Virus record (IMG/VR): IMGVR_UViG_3300005541_000007
Coordinates: 1-64,000 of that record
Length of the DNA stretch: 64,000 nucleotides
DNA from: a virus
Direction: 5' to 3' (one strand)
Below are positions 27,782 to 37,803 of this stretch, in pieces (positions within the stretch are counted from its first letter, which is position 1; each line of letters opens with the position of its first letter). The position numbers and the translations under genes are program-made. Under the pieces are notes generated by a model. That model was not told the origin of the DNA, did no database searches, and saw only the letters and a list, made by a program, of their open reading frames with translations.

Positions 27782-28408
27782 ATGGACACCGAAAGTCAAG
27801 GGGTAGACGAAAAAACTTTTTCAACTGCTCTGCACCGTACCTTTTTTAACGTCTCTAAGCCGTATGCTTATTTGTATATAGAAATTACTCCTTGTCAACG
27901 TTGGGATATAACTCCAACTTGTATGTATTTTTCTATTCAATGCTTAGATGAAGATTATCAAGAAGTTGCTTTAATTTGTAGAAAAGTAATGAATTTTAGA
28001 GATTGGGATGAAATTAATGCAGTAATTAAACAAATGGATGAATGTATTGATATTTTAGATGTAAAATACTACAATAAACCTTTACAACAACCATCAAAAG
28101 GCGTAATTTATTGTATTAATGATTTTATTTCTTATTTAGTTGTAACGAAACAAATTAGATGTTTAAATCTTTATCAACAGAAAATTCTTAGACCAAAACT
28201 TTATTCTAATTTTATAGCAAGAAAACTTCCAATTCAAATTATATTGGGAGATTATCAAGATAAAAAACCGTTCTATGATATATTTCTAAAGAGTAATTAT
28301 AAACTCCATAAGAAATCCTGTCCTACTTATGAACAGATGGATGTTTATTTTACAGAATTTTTAAGAAAACAAAAAGCAATTAGAAATCAAGAAGAATATT
28401 ATGAGTAA
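27782..28408 (+). CDS. Hypothetical protein
   Basis: ORF; start reassigned to ATG 27782 (TATCAT 7 nt upstream). Confidence 0.6.
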   Translation: MDTESQGVDEKTFSTALHRTFFNVSKPYAYLYIEITPCQRWDITPTCMYFSIQCLDEDYQEVALICRKVMNFRDWDEINAVIKQMDECIDILDVKYYNKPLQQPSKGVIYCINDFISYLVVTKQIRCLNLYQQKILRPKLYSNFIARKLPIQIILGDYQDKKPFYDIFLKSNYKLHKKSCPTYEQMDVYFTEFLRKQKAIRNQEEYYE

Positions 28409-28742
28409 ATTAATTAAACCAGAACCAAAACAAGAATTTGATGATTTAGAAGAATTACGTAGGCAAATCGCTAATGAAGAATTAGCTACTGCTTATGACA
28501 GAGAAAAACATATTAATGAAATTAAATCTAAAATTACTAAAGATTTAAATGATGAAGTTCCTGTAAAACTTACCGATGAAATTTGTGAATTAGGATTATT
28601 ATCTTGGTTTAGAGAAATTACTACAAAGTATGAAAATGCTAGACGATTAAAAGCATTGTGGGAAAAAGCTAATGAAGAGAATGAATCAGAAATTTCTAGA
28701 AGTTTTGGAATAAATGATTGTGATTTTAGATTATCGTTCTAA
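28401..28742 (+). CDS. Hypothetical protein
   Basis: Charged helical ORF overlapping the upstream gene. Confidence 0.6.
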   Translation: MSKLIKPEPKQEFDDLEELRRQIANEELATAYDREKHINEIKSKITKDLNDEVPVKLTDEICELGLLSWFREITTKYENARRLKALWEKANEENESEISRSFGINDCDFRLSF

Positions 28743-29045
28743 ATAAATCTTATCATAAATCTTTTGAAGCATTTCTTTCATATCATGTAAATCCGATTGA
28801 AAAGTTGAACTTCTAGTTTCTAAAATTGATAATCTTAAAGATTGTGCTTCAATTAAAGTTTTATGTTGAACATCGGTAGCTAATAACTCTATTGTTTTTG
28901 AAGATAGCGATTTTACGTCATTTGTTAGTGAAGCGGCTTTCCAAATTAAACCTACAACTAATCCTACACTGGTAATACAAACACCAATAATTGTAAATAA
29001 ATAATCTCCCAACTGCAATGTATTAGGAACTTGTGCTAGGAGCAT
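28731..29045 (-). CDS. Single-TM plus coiled-coil protein (lysis-accessory-like)
   Basis: One TM then heptads (RLSILE); TATAAT 6 nt before ATG. Confidence 0.6.
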   Translation of the reverse strand: MLLAQVPNTLQLGDYLFTIIGVCITSVGLVVGLIWKAASLTNDVKSLSSKTIELLATDVQHKTLIEAQSLRLSILETRSSTFQSDLHDMKEMLQKIYDKIYLER

Positions 29046-29406
29046 TCATTTATTATACTCAAAGTAATTCTACGAATATAAAAAGTTCTTTTTGCAATAT
29101 TTTTGCGCTGCGGCGTCTGTATACCCTTGTTCTGTCTACTTAGCATTACTAGCAAGTTCTTTCCCTTTGAATTGAATATTTTTGTTCTGTAAAGTATTTT
29201 AACCCGATTTTTACAAGATAAGTTAATTTTAGTTTATAAAATTTTTAAAATTATGTTTTCTTCTGTTTAGCTCGTGTACAGCACTTTTCTTAGATTTTTC
29301 TAAGGTTTATAAGATTTTTTTATAAAAGCTTGACAAATGATTGTCTACTATGCTACACACGCGCATGTCGTGACTATAGGACTCTAAAGAGAAATGATAT
29401 TATTTA

Positions 29407-29528
29407 TATAAAACTTCACTTCGTTCAGTTTTATAATATTATTCTTCGCTTTGCTCAGAATAATATGTTATTCTTAGCTTTGTTTAATTTTGTTTAGCTT
29501 TGAAAAGCTTTATTTAGCTTTGAAAAGC
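29407..29528. repeat. Twin hairpins with related 11-nt loops plus TTAGCTTTG direct repeats
   Basis: TATAAAACT-TCACTTCGTTC-AGTTTTATA; ATATTATTCT-TCGCTTTGCTC-AGAATAATAT; TTAGCTTTG x3, two of them extended to TTAGCTTTGAAAAGC. Confidence 0.75.
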
Positions 29529-29659
29529 AAAAATAACATAGGAAGCTAAATTTTTTATAGATGGTTTAAAAAATTATGAAGGATTTAAAAAGTTTTATAT
29601 AGTAAAAATAATATAGAAGATTTATTTAAAGTAACGATGGTAAAATTTTCTGAGAGGGC

Positions 29660-29688
29660 TTGACTTTTCAGCCGGGGTGTGGTATAGT
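29660..29688 (+). promoter_or_regulatory. Sigma70-type promoter
   Basis: TTGACT-17-TATAGT with extended TG. Confidence 0.75.
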
Positions 29689-29708
29689 GTCTCCAATGCA
29701 CTACTTCA

Positions 29709-30152
29709 ATGGACGGGAAGCTTATGACAACTGAACAACTGTTTAAAAAATTACTTGACCTTGGGTATGAGGAAGAACGCGTAGACTCTGGAGTGTGGTC
29801 GTATAATTCACCCGATTGTCCAGAACTAAACGGTTCATTTGAGGTTTATCTTTGTGTAAAATTAGAAAACGGGAAATTAGATCAATCTCTAAGCGTCTAT
29901 TTCAATTCAAATAATGAAACAATTCAAAATTCTAGGGTTCCTGAATCAAATGAAGAATCGGTTACACCCGATGAAATTTGGAATTTTATTGAAAATTTTC
30001 AATCTAAAAAAGTAATATTTAATGAATATTTAGTATCATGTAAAATAAATGCACCATATGATATTACTGTAGATCAAATTAAAAATACTATTTTTGGGGG
30101 ATATTATGTTAAAAAATTTAATCCTTATGATATTGCCATTGTATCTGTGTAA
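29709..30152 (+). CDS. Hypothetical protein
   Basis: 147-aa ORF downstream of the promoter. Confidence 0.65.
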   Translation: MDGKLMTTEQLFKKLLDLGYEEERVDSGVWSYNSPDCPELNGSFEVYLCVKLENGKLDQSLSVYFNSNNETIQNSRVPESNEESVTPDEIWNFIENFQSKKVIFNEYLVSCKINAPYDITVDQIKNTIFGGYYVKKFNPYDIAIVSV

Positions 30153-30164
30153 TAAACTACATAA

Positions 30165-31010
30165 ATGATTTCTATTCCAACCACAATGAACGAAAATCTT
30201 ACCGATGTTGAATCACGAGTAGAACTTTCTCAAACCGAGAAAGAAGAAGCGTGGTTTAATGCAATGCGAAACTATTTCCTTGGATTTCTCCCAACAGATC
30301 AAATGGAGAAAATTTACAATGAAATTAATTTTATTCCTGAAGATAAGGAAGGATTTTACAAGAGAATTTCAAAAGAACTGGAGCCGCTATATTCCCAAGA
30401 AGAAGTTTTAATCAATCAATCACTTCCATTAACCATCGAAGGATTTGTTCCTCCGCAAAAGAAATTCTTTTATTCCTGGGATATTTTTAAGAAGTTTAAT
30501 CTTGCACCTTGGGTTAAAAAGAGTATGCCTGATAATTGTCTAATTAAGCGATTTAAGGATGATTACACAACCTATGATGTTCGTTGCTTTGAAGAGTGTG
30601 GATTTGTAGAAATCGGAGATTGGCTTATTTCCAGAACAGTCCAACCATACGCAATCGTAGCAGATGTACCATTCAAGAATGAAGATGGAACCAAAGGAGT
30701 TAAGGAAGAAGTACAGGCAATCTATCCTTCCCTAAATAGTAAAACTGGACTACTTTGTGTTATTCCAAAAATGACAGAAGAGGAATTTTTTACTAAGTGT
30801 CCTTTTGTTCCGGGGGCAGATAATATGGGGATTCAGTTTACAGGCGAATTTGAGGTAGGGATGATTAATCCCGAGTTCGCAGCCGAATATAATATTCCAT
30901 GTACCACAGCGTTCATTCTAAGGCGCTACAAGAGCAAATTGAAGATGAATAAGAACGTGAGTAAACCAACGGTTGAAAGAGATTTCTACCGTGGAGCAAT
31001 GGTTGGTTAA
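30165..31010 (+). CDS. Hypothetical protein
   Basis: 281-aa ORF, no motif recognised. Confidence 0.7.
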   Translation: MISIPTTMNENLTDVESRVELSQTEKEEAWFNAMRNYFLGFLPTDQMEKIYNEINFIPEDKEGFYKRISKELEPLYSQEEVLINQSLPLTIEGFVPPQKKFFYSWDIFKKFNLAPWVKKSMPDNCLIKRFKDDYTTYDVRCFEECGFVEIGDWLISRTVQPYAIVADVPFKNEDGTKGVKEEVQAIYPSLNSKTGLLCVIPKMTEEEFFTKCPFVPGADNMGIQFTGEFEVGMINPEFAAEYNIPCTTAFILRRYKSKLKMNKNVSKPTVERDFYRGAMVG

Positions 31011-31401
31011 ATCAACTCTTCTAGACAAAATATCAACTAATTCTACAGTTTCCGATTATTTGGTAAACTCTGAATTAAGTAACGTTGATGAAGAGGAAAT
31101 TAGAAATATTAGGGAAGTATTTACCCGGTTTCTTGGTGCTGTTAATTTCACTCATGTCGATGCGTATTATCCTGCTTATTATTCTGTCGATCTGGTTTCC
31201 AGAACTATCACAGGATTGTGGCCCTTAAATTATTTTGAACTTTTTCTTTGTGTAATGTATATTTGTAACACTTTTCAAGATAATTTAACTGAAAATGATT
31301 TAATGAGTCTTGCTAAAAAATCGTTAATAGGGTATAATATTCCAGAAGCGCAAATCAACAAAGCGCAATTACATGCTGGAATCTTACTCGCAACAGAATG
31401 A
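30973..31401 (+). CDS. Hypothetical protein
   Basis: ORF overlapping neighbours; start uncertain. Confidence 0.6.
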   Translation: MKEISTVEQWLVKSTLLDKISTNSTVSDYLVNSELSNVDEEEIRNIREVFTRFLGAVNFTHVDAYYPAYYSVDLVSRTITGLWPLNYFELFLCVMYICNTFQDNLTENDLMSLAKKSLIGYNIPEAQINKAQLHAGILLATE

Positions 31402-32266
31402 ACTAATTGATATTTCTAGAAAAAAAGATGTAGTAAATTTAATAACTCATGCTCTTTTAAGCGGAATCGTAGTAGATATTATGTCTAATACATTTAAAAA
31501 TTGGAGTAAGGAAGAAATTATAGATTGGTTTCCAAAATATAAGAAACAATCAGAAAGAGAAGGATCAGAGTGTGAGACAGAAGAACCAAAAGATATTTAT
31601 CCAGATAATTCATCAGAAACTTCAATAATTACAGAATATATATTCTATTTCTTAGATAAAGATAAATGGACAATAGAAAACGAAAAAAGATTTAAACAAG
31701 AAAACTTATATATTGTAGATGCAGTATTACAATCAATTTTAATTAGATTAGAAAACAAAGAATATAAATCATTTATAGGAAACAATACCTATAATTTAAT
31801 TTTACGACTTACATATACATTAATTGAAACAGGATATTTTGGTTATCAGGATTTACAAGTATTATTTGAGACATGTGATGAAAAACTTGCACCTTATTTT
31901 GAAGATTTACTAAATAATTATTTTGATTTTGATTTCTATAATGAATTTTATAGTGTAGCAATTAAAGATAATCAAGAATTAGATGAAGATCAATTAATTT
32001 TACTTGAGGTAGTATTTTATCTTGCCCGTATTTCAACTCAATATAAAGGAATTAAATTTACCACAGTACCAAAAGAAACGCTACCAGAAGTTTTTACAAC
32101 ACAATCAGACATTGGACTCGTTACTTTTCTATTTGCAATATGGTGTATTTTTTCTGAACAATATGGGAAACAAAGTCAATATAGATTAATAGTTCCAGAA
32201 AAATTATGTAAAGAAAGTCCATATGCTGAAGATTTAAAAGATTTAATAAAAACCATTATATTATGA
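31373..32266 (+). CDS. Hypothetical acidic helical protein
   Basis: 297-aa ORF. Confidence 0.65.
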   Translation: MLESYSQQNELIDISRKKDVVNLITHALLSGIVVDIMSNTFKNWSKEEIIDWFPKYKKQSEREGSECETEEPKDIYPDNSSETSIITEYIFYFLDKDKWTIENEKRFKQENLYIVDAVLQSILIRLENKEYKSFIGNNTYNLILRLTYTLIETGYFGYQDLQVLFETCDEKLAPYFEDLLNNYFDFDFYNEFYSVAIKDNQELDEDQLILLEVVFYLARISTQYKGIKFTTVPKETLPEVFTTQSDIGLVTFLFAIWCIFSEQYGKQSQYRLIVPEKLCKESPYAEDLKDLIKTIIL

Positions 32267-33630
32267 TAAACCAAAATAAAAAATATCTCCACAATATAGA
32301 TTTATTTAATGAATTTATTGGAGATTTATACATAAAAACCAAACCAGAGATTGAAAATAAATGGGGAATATCACATTCTTCTATTAAAAGATGGAGAAAG
32401 AAGAATCCAGATCAATTAAGTATTTTTAAGCAAAGTACATTTGGTACGATTGGAACACAGTTTGTAACAGGAATGTCAGTTGCTAATCAATATCCAAAGA
32501 ATAGTACACCGTTTGGAAACTGTTCAGATACTTTCAACGGTAATCAATGGACACACGAATCAGTAAGTAAGAAAAGAATTTCCACACTAGCAGAACTACT
32601 AGAGCATTGTAAAGTAGATTCAACTGAATGGGAAGTAGTCAAGTGGACTCTCAAGAAGTGGGATTTTGGAATTAAAAATTCTGAAGATGCTGTTGAAGTA
32701 GAAGAGTTTTTTGCTGTAAGTGCAGTATTTAAGAAACGAGTTGAAATAATTCAAGGAAAGCAAATCTTAAATGAACTTGCTGAAGAACTTAAAGCACTAT
32801 CTCCAAAAGTATCACCATTTTACTATAATAAAGAAAATTTTACAGAAAAAAGACTTTTAGAGATTTCTCCATTTGATTTACATTTTAATAAACTTTGTTG
32901 GGAAGAAGAAACTGGCGAAAATTATGATTCTGTTGAAGCTACGAAACGTTATGAAACTGCTATTAGTGATCTTGTTAATAAAGCTGTAGCAACAGGTCCA
33001 ATTGATAGAATTCTTTTTATAATTGGGCAAGACTTATTTAATATTGATTCTAATTCAAATACTACTACAGGCGGTACTCCACAAACTGCTGATTCTAGGC
33101 ATCATAAAATCTTTAGAAAAGTTTTACATATGAAGATTGATACAATTCGTAGACTTAGCCTATATGCCCCAGTTGATGTGCTTATAGTTCCAGGTAATCA
33201 CGATGAAGAAACAACCTCTTATCTTGGAATGGCGCTTGAAGTAGCTTTTACTAATGATGCAAATATAGATATTAATGCTTCTGCTAAACTACGTAAATAT
33301 TATCAATATGGTAAAGTGATGCTTTGCTTTACTCACGGAGATAAAGAAAAACTAACCGATCTTCCGTTGATTACTGCTGTAGAAGAACCGTATATGTTTG
33401 GTGCTACAAAATATAGGGAAGTACATACCGGACATAAACACACAACTAAAGCCTTTGGGCGTGTAGATGTTGATGAACAGCACGGAGTACGTGTACGTAT
33501 CCTTCCGTCACTTACGGCTACAGATGCTTGGCATAAGGGTAAGGGTTTTGTAGGTAATATTCAAGCTTGTGAAGCCTATATTTGGGATGCTGAAAAGGGT
33601 CTAGATACCATCTTAATTCATAATATCTAA
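32263..33630 (+). CDS. Metallophosphoesterase-fold protein with N-terminal HTH-like segment
   Basis: DLH, GQD, PGNHD, THGD and HTGHKH motifs; N-terminal EIENKWGISHSSIKRW. Confidence 0.8.
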   Translation: MINQNKKYLHNIDLFNEFIGDLYIKTKPEIENKWGISHSSIKRWRKKNPDQLSIFKQSTFGTIGTQFVTGMSVANQYPKNSTPFGNCSDTFNGNQWTHESVSKKRISTLAELLEHCKVDSTEWEVVKWTLKKWDFGIKNSEDAVEVEEFFAVSAVFKKRVEIIQGKQILNELAEELKALSPKVSPFYYNKENFTEKRLLEISPFDLHFNKLCWEEETGENYDSVEATKRYETAISDLVNKAVATGPIDRILFIIGQDLFNIDSNSNTTTGGTPQTADSRHHKIFRKVLHMKIDTIRRLSLYAPVDVLIVPGNHDEETTSYLGMALEVAFTNDANIDINASAKLRKYYQYGKVMLCFTHGDKEKLTDLPLITAVEEPYMFGATKYREVHTGHKHTTKAFGRVDVDEQHGVRVRILPSLTATDAWHKGKGFVGNIQACEAYIWDAEKGLDTILIHNI

Positions 33631-33666
33631 AATCTAAGGTATAATTAATTCGGGTATTATTGTCAC

Positions 33667-35190
33667 ATGCCTCTATCGTGGCCTAAATTTTTCCAAGGCA
33701 AAAAAATACCTGAAATTACAAAAGGTTTAGTAACCGAACTAGATATTTTAGGTGAAGGCTTCCCCTCGCAAGATCAACTTGCGATCATGCGTACAACCTT
33801 TGGCGTACCGTACAAAGGCAAGATACGTCCGCTTACTGCTGCTCAAATTTACGCACAAATGCCTGTACTCATGGCATGTGTTGATAAAATTTGTAACTAT
33901 GCTATGCAGGTTCCTCTTAATGTTTATAAACAAAGAAGTCTTGATGATGATATTTACGATGAACAACTAGTAACTAGAGGATTTCCAGCTAACACTATAA
34001 TGAATGTAAATGAGTCTATGACTCAAACAGATTTTACATCAATGATGGCATTCTATCTCTTAGTCTTTGGAAATGCTTATATAGCAATGGAACCTGCACC
34101 AGAAGAATATAAAGATATTGCAGACTTCTTCTTATATCCCATGAATCCTACGTGGTGTTCTATCGTACCAGATGAAGCAGGAGAATCCTTATATCTTTAT
34201 CAACGTGCAGGTAAACGAATCTTCTTTAAGAAAGAATATGTAATTCATATTAAAGAAAATAATCCTTATGATAACTTTCAAGGATTTATTAAGATGAATA
34301 GTCTTGACTACGATTTATCTAAAGAACGATTTGCTAAAGGTGATCTTTCTAGATATTTTGAAAGAGCTTCCAATCTTAATGGAGTAATTACTATGGATAA
34401 GAACTCCAGAGTAAATGCCGATGAAATTCGTAAATGGAAGAAACAATTAGAACAAGATTATTCCGGCCCTGCTAATGCTTATCGTACTCTATTCTTAGAA
34501 AATGAAATGAAGTATGAAAAGATAGAAACGCAAGGAGGGGCGCAAAAAGCAGCTATTGATGTTATAGCAGATTCAGCCAGCACTACGCAAATGCTCTATG
34601 GTGTTCCTGCCGCACTATTTACAGGTGATGCTAGAGATATTGAAAAGGTAGAAGAAATGTTTTGGAATTCTACTGTTAAACCATTACTTACCAGAATTCA
34701 AGCACAACTTACAAAATTTATTCAAAGAAAAGCAGGACCAAAGTGGGAATGTCGTTATAATTATGCAAATATTTCAGCATTAAAACGACAAGACTTTACT
34801 GTAATGCGTAGTGTGGTAGCAGCCATTAATACCGGGTATATGTCAGTAAATGAAAATAGAATTGCTAATGGTATGCCTCCACTTACAGGCGCATATAAAG
34901 AGTTTGGAGATATGCCTCAACCCATGTGGCAACTAAAGAATAATATTATAGGTCCGCTGTCTAAAGGTGGATTTGGAGAACCGGGTGGGGGTAATCCAGC
35001 ACAATCAGGCAAAACAGGTCCTAGCCTCACCGTAGCAGGTTCGCAAGGCGGCAGGGATCAATCCTCGCAAGGTGAAGCACAAATGGCTGATGAACATGGA
35101 AGTAAAACAATTGAAAGTATTGAAGATTATGATATGATTGAAATAATTAGTAAGATTTTACTAGAAGATAATTTGCAAGGTAAACTCTAA
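33667..35190 (+). CDS. Portal protein (HK97-like)
   Basis: LMACVDKI, LLVFGNAY, LYPMNP, VIHIK, YGVPAAL and GYMSVNENR..GMPP motifs; first gene of head module. Confidence 0.9.
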   Translation: MPLSWPKFFQGKKIPEITKGLVTELDILGEGFPSQDQLAIMRTTFGVPYKGKIRPLTAAQIYAQMPVLMACVDKICNYAMQVPLNVYKQRSLDDDIYDEQLVTRGFPANTIMNVNESMTQTDFTSMMAFYLLVFGNAYIAMEPAPEEYKDIADFFLYPMNPTWCSIVPDEAGESLYLYQRAGKRIFFKKEYVIHIKENNPYDNFQGFIKMNSLDYDLSKERFAKGDLSRYFERASNLNGVITMDKNSRVNADEIRKWKKQLEQDYSGPANAYRTLFLENEMKYEKIETQGGAQKAAIDVIADSASTTQMLYGVPAALFTGDARDIEKVEEMFWNSTVKPLLTRIQAQLTKFIQRKAGPKWECRYNYANISALKRQDFTVMRSVVAAINTGYMSVNENRIANGMPPLTGAYKEFGDMPQPMWQLKNNIIGPLSKGGFGEPGGGNPAQSGKTGPSLTVAGSQGGRDQSSQGEAQMADEHGSKTIESIEDYDMIEIISKILLEDNLQGKL

Positions 35191-35192
35191 TC

Positions 35193-37709
35193 ATGGAAAA
35201 TTCTATTGATGGAATTCTCTACGAATTAGCATTCAAGGGTGAAATTGTAGAAAAATCTATGAAAGGCGATAAACTTGTCTTTTCTGGATATATTAGTACA
35301 GATGAAGTAGATTTAACCGGAGATAGGTGTCCAGCAGAATCATGGAGAAAATATCTTGAGTTTTATAATCGCAATCCTATTTACTGTTATAACCACGATA
35401 GAACCATCCCAATTGGAAAATGTCGTGAAGCTACTATTGATAATAAAGGACTTTTATTTAATGATATTACATTAACTCCAATTCCTTTTGTTAAAGATGT
35501 ATTAATGCCACTTATTCTTGATGATGTATTAAAACAGCAATCTGCTGGATTTATGAATCTTAAACAATCAAAGAAAAGTGGAGTAACAATTTTAGAAGAA
35601 AATTATCTTCTAGAAGGTTCTCTTGTTCCTGTTGCAATGAATCCTAATGGAACAGATATTAAAGTAAAAGGTATTGAACTATTTACAGAAGAGGCTAAAG
35701 TATATGATCTATGGACTATGTATGATAAAGGATTAATCGAAGTTTCTTCTAAAGTTTATAGTGTTCCCGATTCAGATGTTTTTTCAGGAAGTGCAAAAAT
35801 AAGTCAAAATAATGCAGACACAATTATGCCTACAAATACGTTTACACCAATGTTTAAGGGGATTGAAGTAACTAAACATATTGATTCTTCATATGACCCG
35901 GGGGGTGTTAAGGTAGATTTTCCTAAAAATTATGCATCAACCGCTGTAGAATATACTAAGGCAGCAGAACTTACACATGCAGGTAAGCAAAAAGCTAATC
36001 GTGAAGGTGTTAAAGATAAGTATATATTCCAAATTGGGCATGTAACAGAAAAGGGGTTTGCTTATGATTGGAATATGCTTGCAACCACTACCGCTAAAGT
36101 ATTAGGTGCTAAAGGTGGAGCAATTTTTGAAGAAGGAGAACAACTAGCAGTTCTTAAACGATTAGAACAAGCATATGCAGTTCTTGAAAAGCAATTTCCA
36201 CAGTATGAGAAAACTGGAGAAACTTTATCATATATTCCTGAATGGAAACTTACCGATATTAAATATGCCGAAGTAAAATTTTTTAATGATGAAGATATTA
36301 TTGTTGCTGATACTATTGCACATGAGAATATTGATAGTCTAAATAATTATATTGAAAAGAACGGTCCCGATAGAATTAAAACAGAACTAAAATATCTTTC
36401 ACATTCTGTAAATCTTAATATTTCTGGTGGTAAACATGGAGAATATGATAGTGATGGAGAAAATGATTCTAAATTAATGACTCAAGTTCTTCACCTACTT
36501 CATGGTTATCAGCAAACAAAAGATAAAGCTAAAGAAGATTTTCATAATAAACTTTCCTCTCCTGGTGAAGTAGATTACGATGCAGCACATAAAAATATGA
36601 AAGATGCTGTAGATCATTATGTCACCAATTGTCTTTCTGTAGGCGCTGACGGTCAAGGCAACGGCAATGATATGGACCTTGATAGTTCACAACTTGACTT
36701 AGATCAAGATGAAATTATTAAGGGTAAAAGTAAGAAAGAAATGCGTGAAGCAAATCCTGATGAACCAGAACCTTTAGCTGTAGCTGCTCAAACAGAAAAC
36801 GATGAAGCATATCTTGATCCTGATAATATTATGGGTACTTTAGGAGCTAAAGAACCACAAGGAGAAAATGACCTTAATCCAGAAATTAGAAATAGAAGTC
36901 GTCAAGCAGTAGAAGCCGCTGATTCAGGACACGGAATTCCCGCTAAAACTAAGGAAGAGATTGAGGCAGCTAATAAGAAAGCACGTAAAGATCAAAGTAC
37001 AACTGTAAATGAAGTTTCCTCTGTAACTAAAGATAAATCTCCATCTAAATATAATCATATGGATGATAGAGGGGGGAAGGCAACACATTATGCAGGACCA
37101 CATAATTCATTTCCAATTGAAAATCAAAATGATGTTGATGATGCTTGGGATTTAAGAGGACATGCGGATAATCCTTCTCAGGTTGGCCGAAATGTACTTA
37201 GACTTGCTGCACACCTTGGACTCAATCCACCTAAAGGTTATCATCCCGGCGAAACTAAGAAAGCAAAATCACCGAAAGATGAAGTAGTTGTAGCTGAAGA
37301 ATCTAACGATGGTACTACATTCCCAACCTCACCACCTTCAGTCCCTTCTGATGGTGATGCAGATGGTAAGAAAAAGAAGACTAAGTTCCTCTACTATCTA
37401 TCTTGCGTAAAGTATCTCGGAAAAGATAATGATACTAGATATGGGTATGTAATCGGTACTACCGACAAAACAGCATGTCCCGTAATTCTACGTGTAGAAA
37501 AACTTAACGATCAATTTAAGTTTACAAAACACTTTGACATTACAGATGCAGAACTTACGGAAATTCCACAATTTGATGAATTAAATGCATTACAAGAATT
37601 AGAATCAATTGTAGAAAAAAGTAAATCTATCTTAAAAGCCTTTGATCCAATTCAAGTGATTACTAAAGATAACACCTTAGAATATCTCGATAGACTATTT
37701 GGTTTTTAA
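35193..37709 (+). CDS. Prohead protease (HK97/S78-like) with long C-terminal extension
   Basis: FSGYIST..VD..GD, YNHD..PIGK, QSAGF and EGSLVPVAMNP; ~680 extra residues, partly acidic/low-complexity. Confidence 0.88.
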   Translation: MENSIDGILYELAFKGEIVEKSMKGDKLVFSGYISTDEVDLTGDRCPAESWRKYLEFYNRNPIYCYNHDRTIPIGKCREATIDNKGLLFNDITLTPIPFVKDVLMPLILDDVLKQQSAGFMNLKQSKKSGVTILEENYLLEGSLVPVAMNPNGTDIKVKGIELFTEEAKVYDLWTMYDKGLIEVSSKVYSVPDSDVFSGSAKISQNNADTIMPTNTFTPMFKGIEVTKHIDSSYDPGGVKVDFPKNYASTAVEYTKAAELTHAGKQKANREGVKDKYIFQIGHVTEKGFAYDWNMLATTTAKVLGAKGGAIFEEGEQLAVLKRLEQAYAVLEKQFPQYEKTGETLSYIPEWKLTDIKYAEVKFFNDEDIIVADTIAHENIDSLNNYIEKNGPDRIKTELKYLSHSVNLNISGGKHGEYDSDGENDSKLMTQVLHLLHGYQQTKDKAKEDFHNKLSSPGEVDYDAAHKNMKDAVDHYVTNCLSVGADGQGNGNDMDLDSSQLDLDQDEIIKGKSKKEMREANPDEPEPLAVAAQTENDEAYLDPDNIMGTLGAKEPQGENDLNPEIRNRSRQAVEAADSGHGIPAKTKEEIEAANKKARKDQSTTVNEVSSVTKDKSPSKYNHMDDRGGKATHYAGPHNSFPIENQNDVDDAWDLRGHADNPSQVGRNVLRLAAHLGLNPPKGYHPGETKKAKSPKDEVVVAEESNDGTTFPTSPPSVPSDGDADGKKKKTKFLYYLSCVKYLGKDNDTRYGYVIGTTDKTACPVILRVEKLNDQFKFTKHFDITDAELTEIPQFDELNALQELESIVEKSKSILKAFDPIQVITKDNTLEYLDRLFGF

Positions 37710-37803
37710 AAACTTTTTTCTAAATAATATTTTATAGGTATTATATGAAATAGCTGGAAGCAGGGGATCAACCCGACGTTAAACGATAGCGAAGGAAAAT
37801 ATT

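Noticed and set aside
29050-29250. Minus-strand coding-like stretch with in-frame TAG codons suggesting stop-codon reassignment
   Set aside because: TAA stops also interrupt the frame, and long genes across the window are intact under the standard code with TAG used as a real stop
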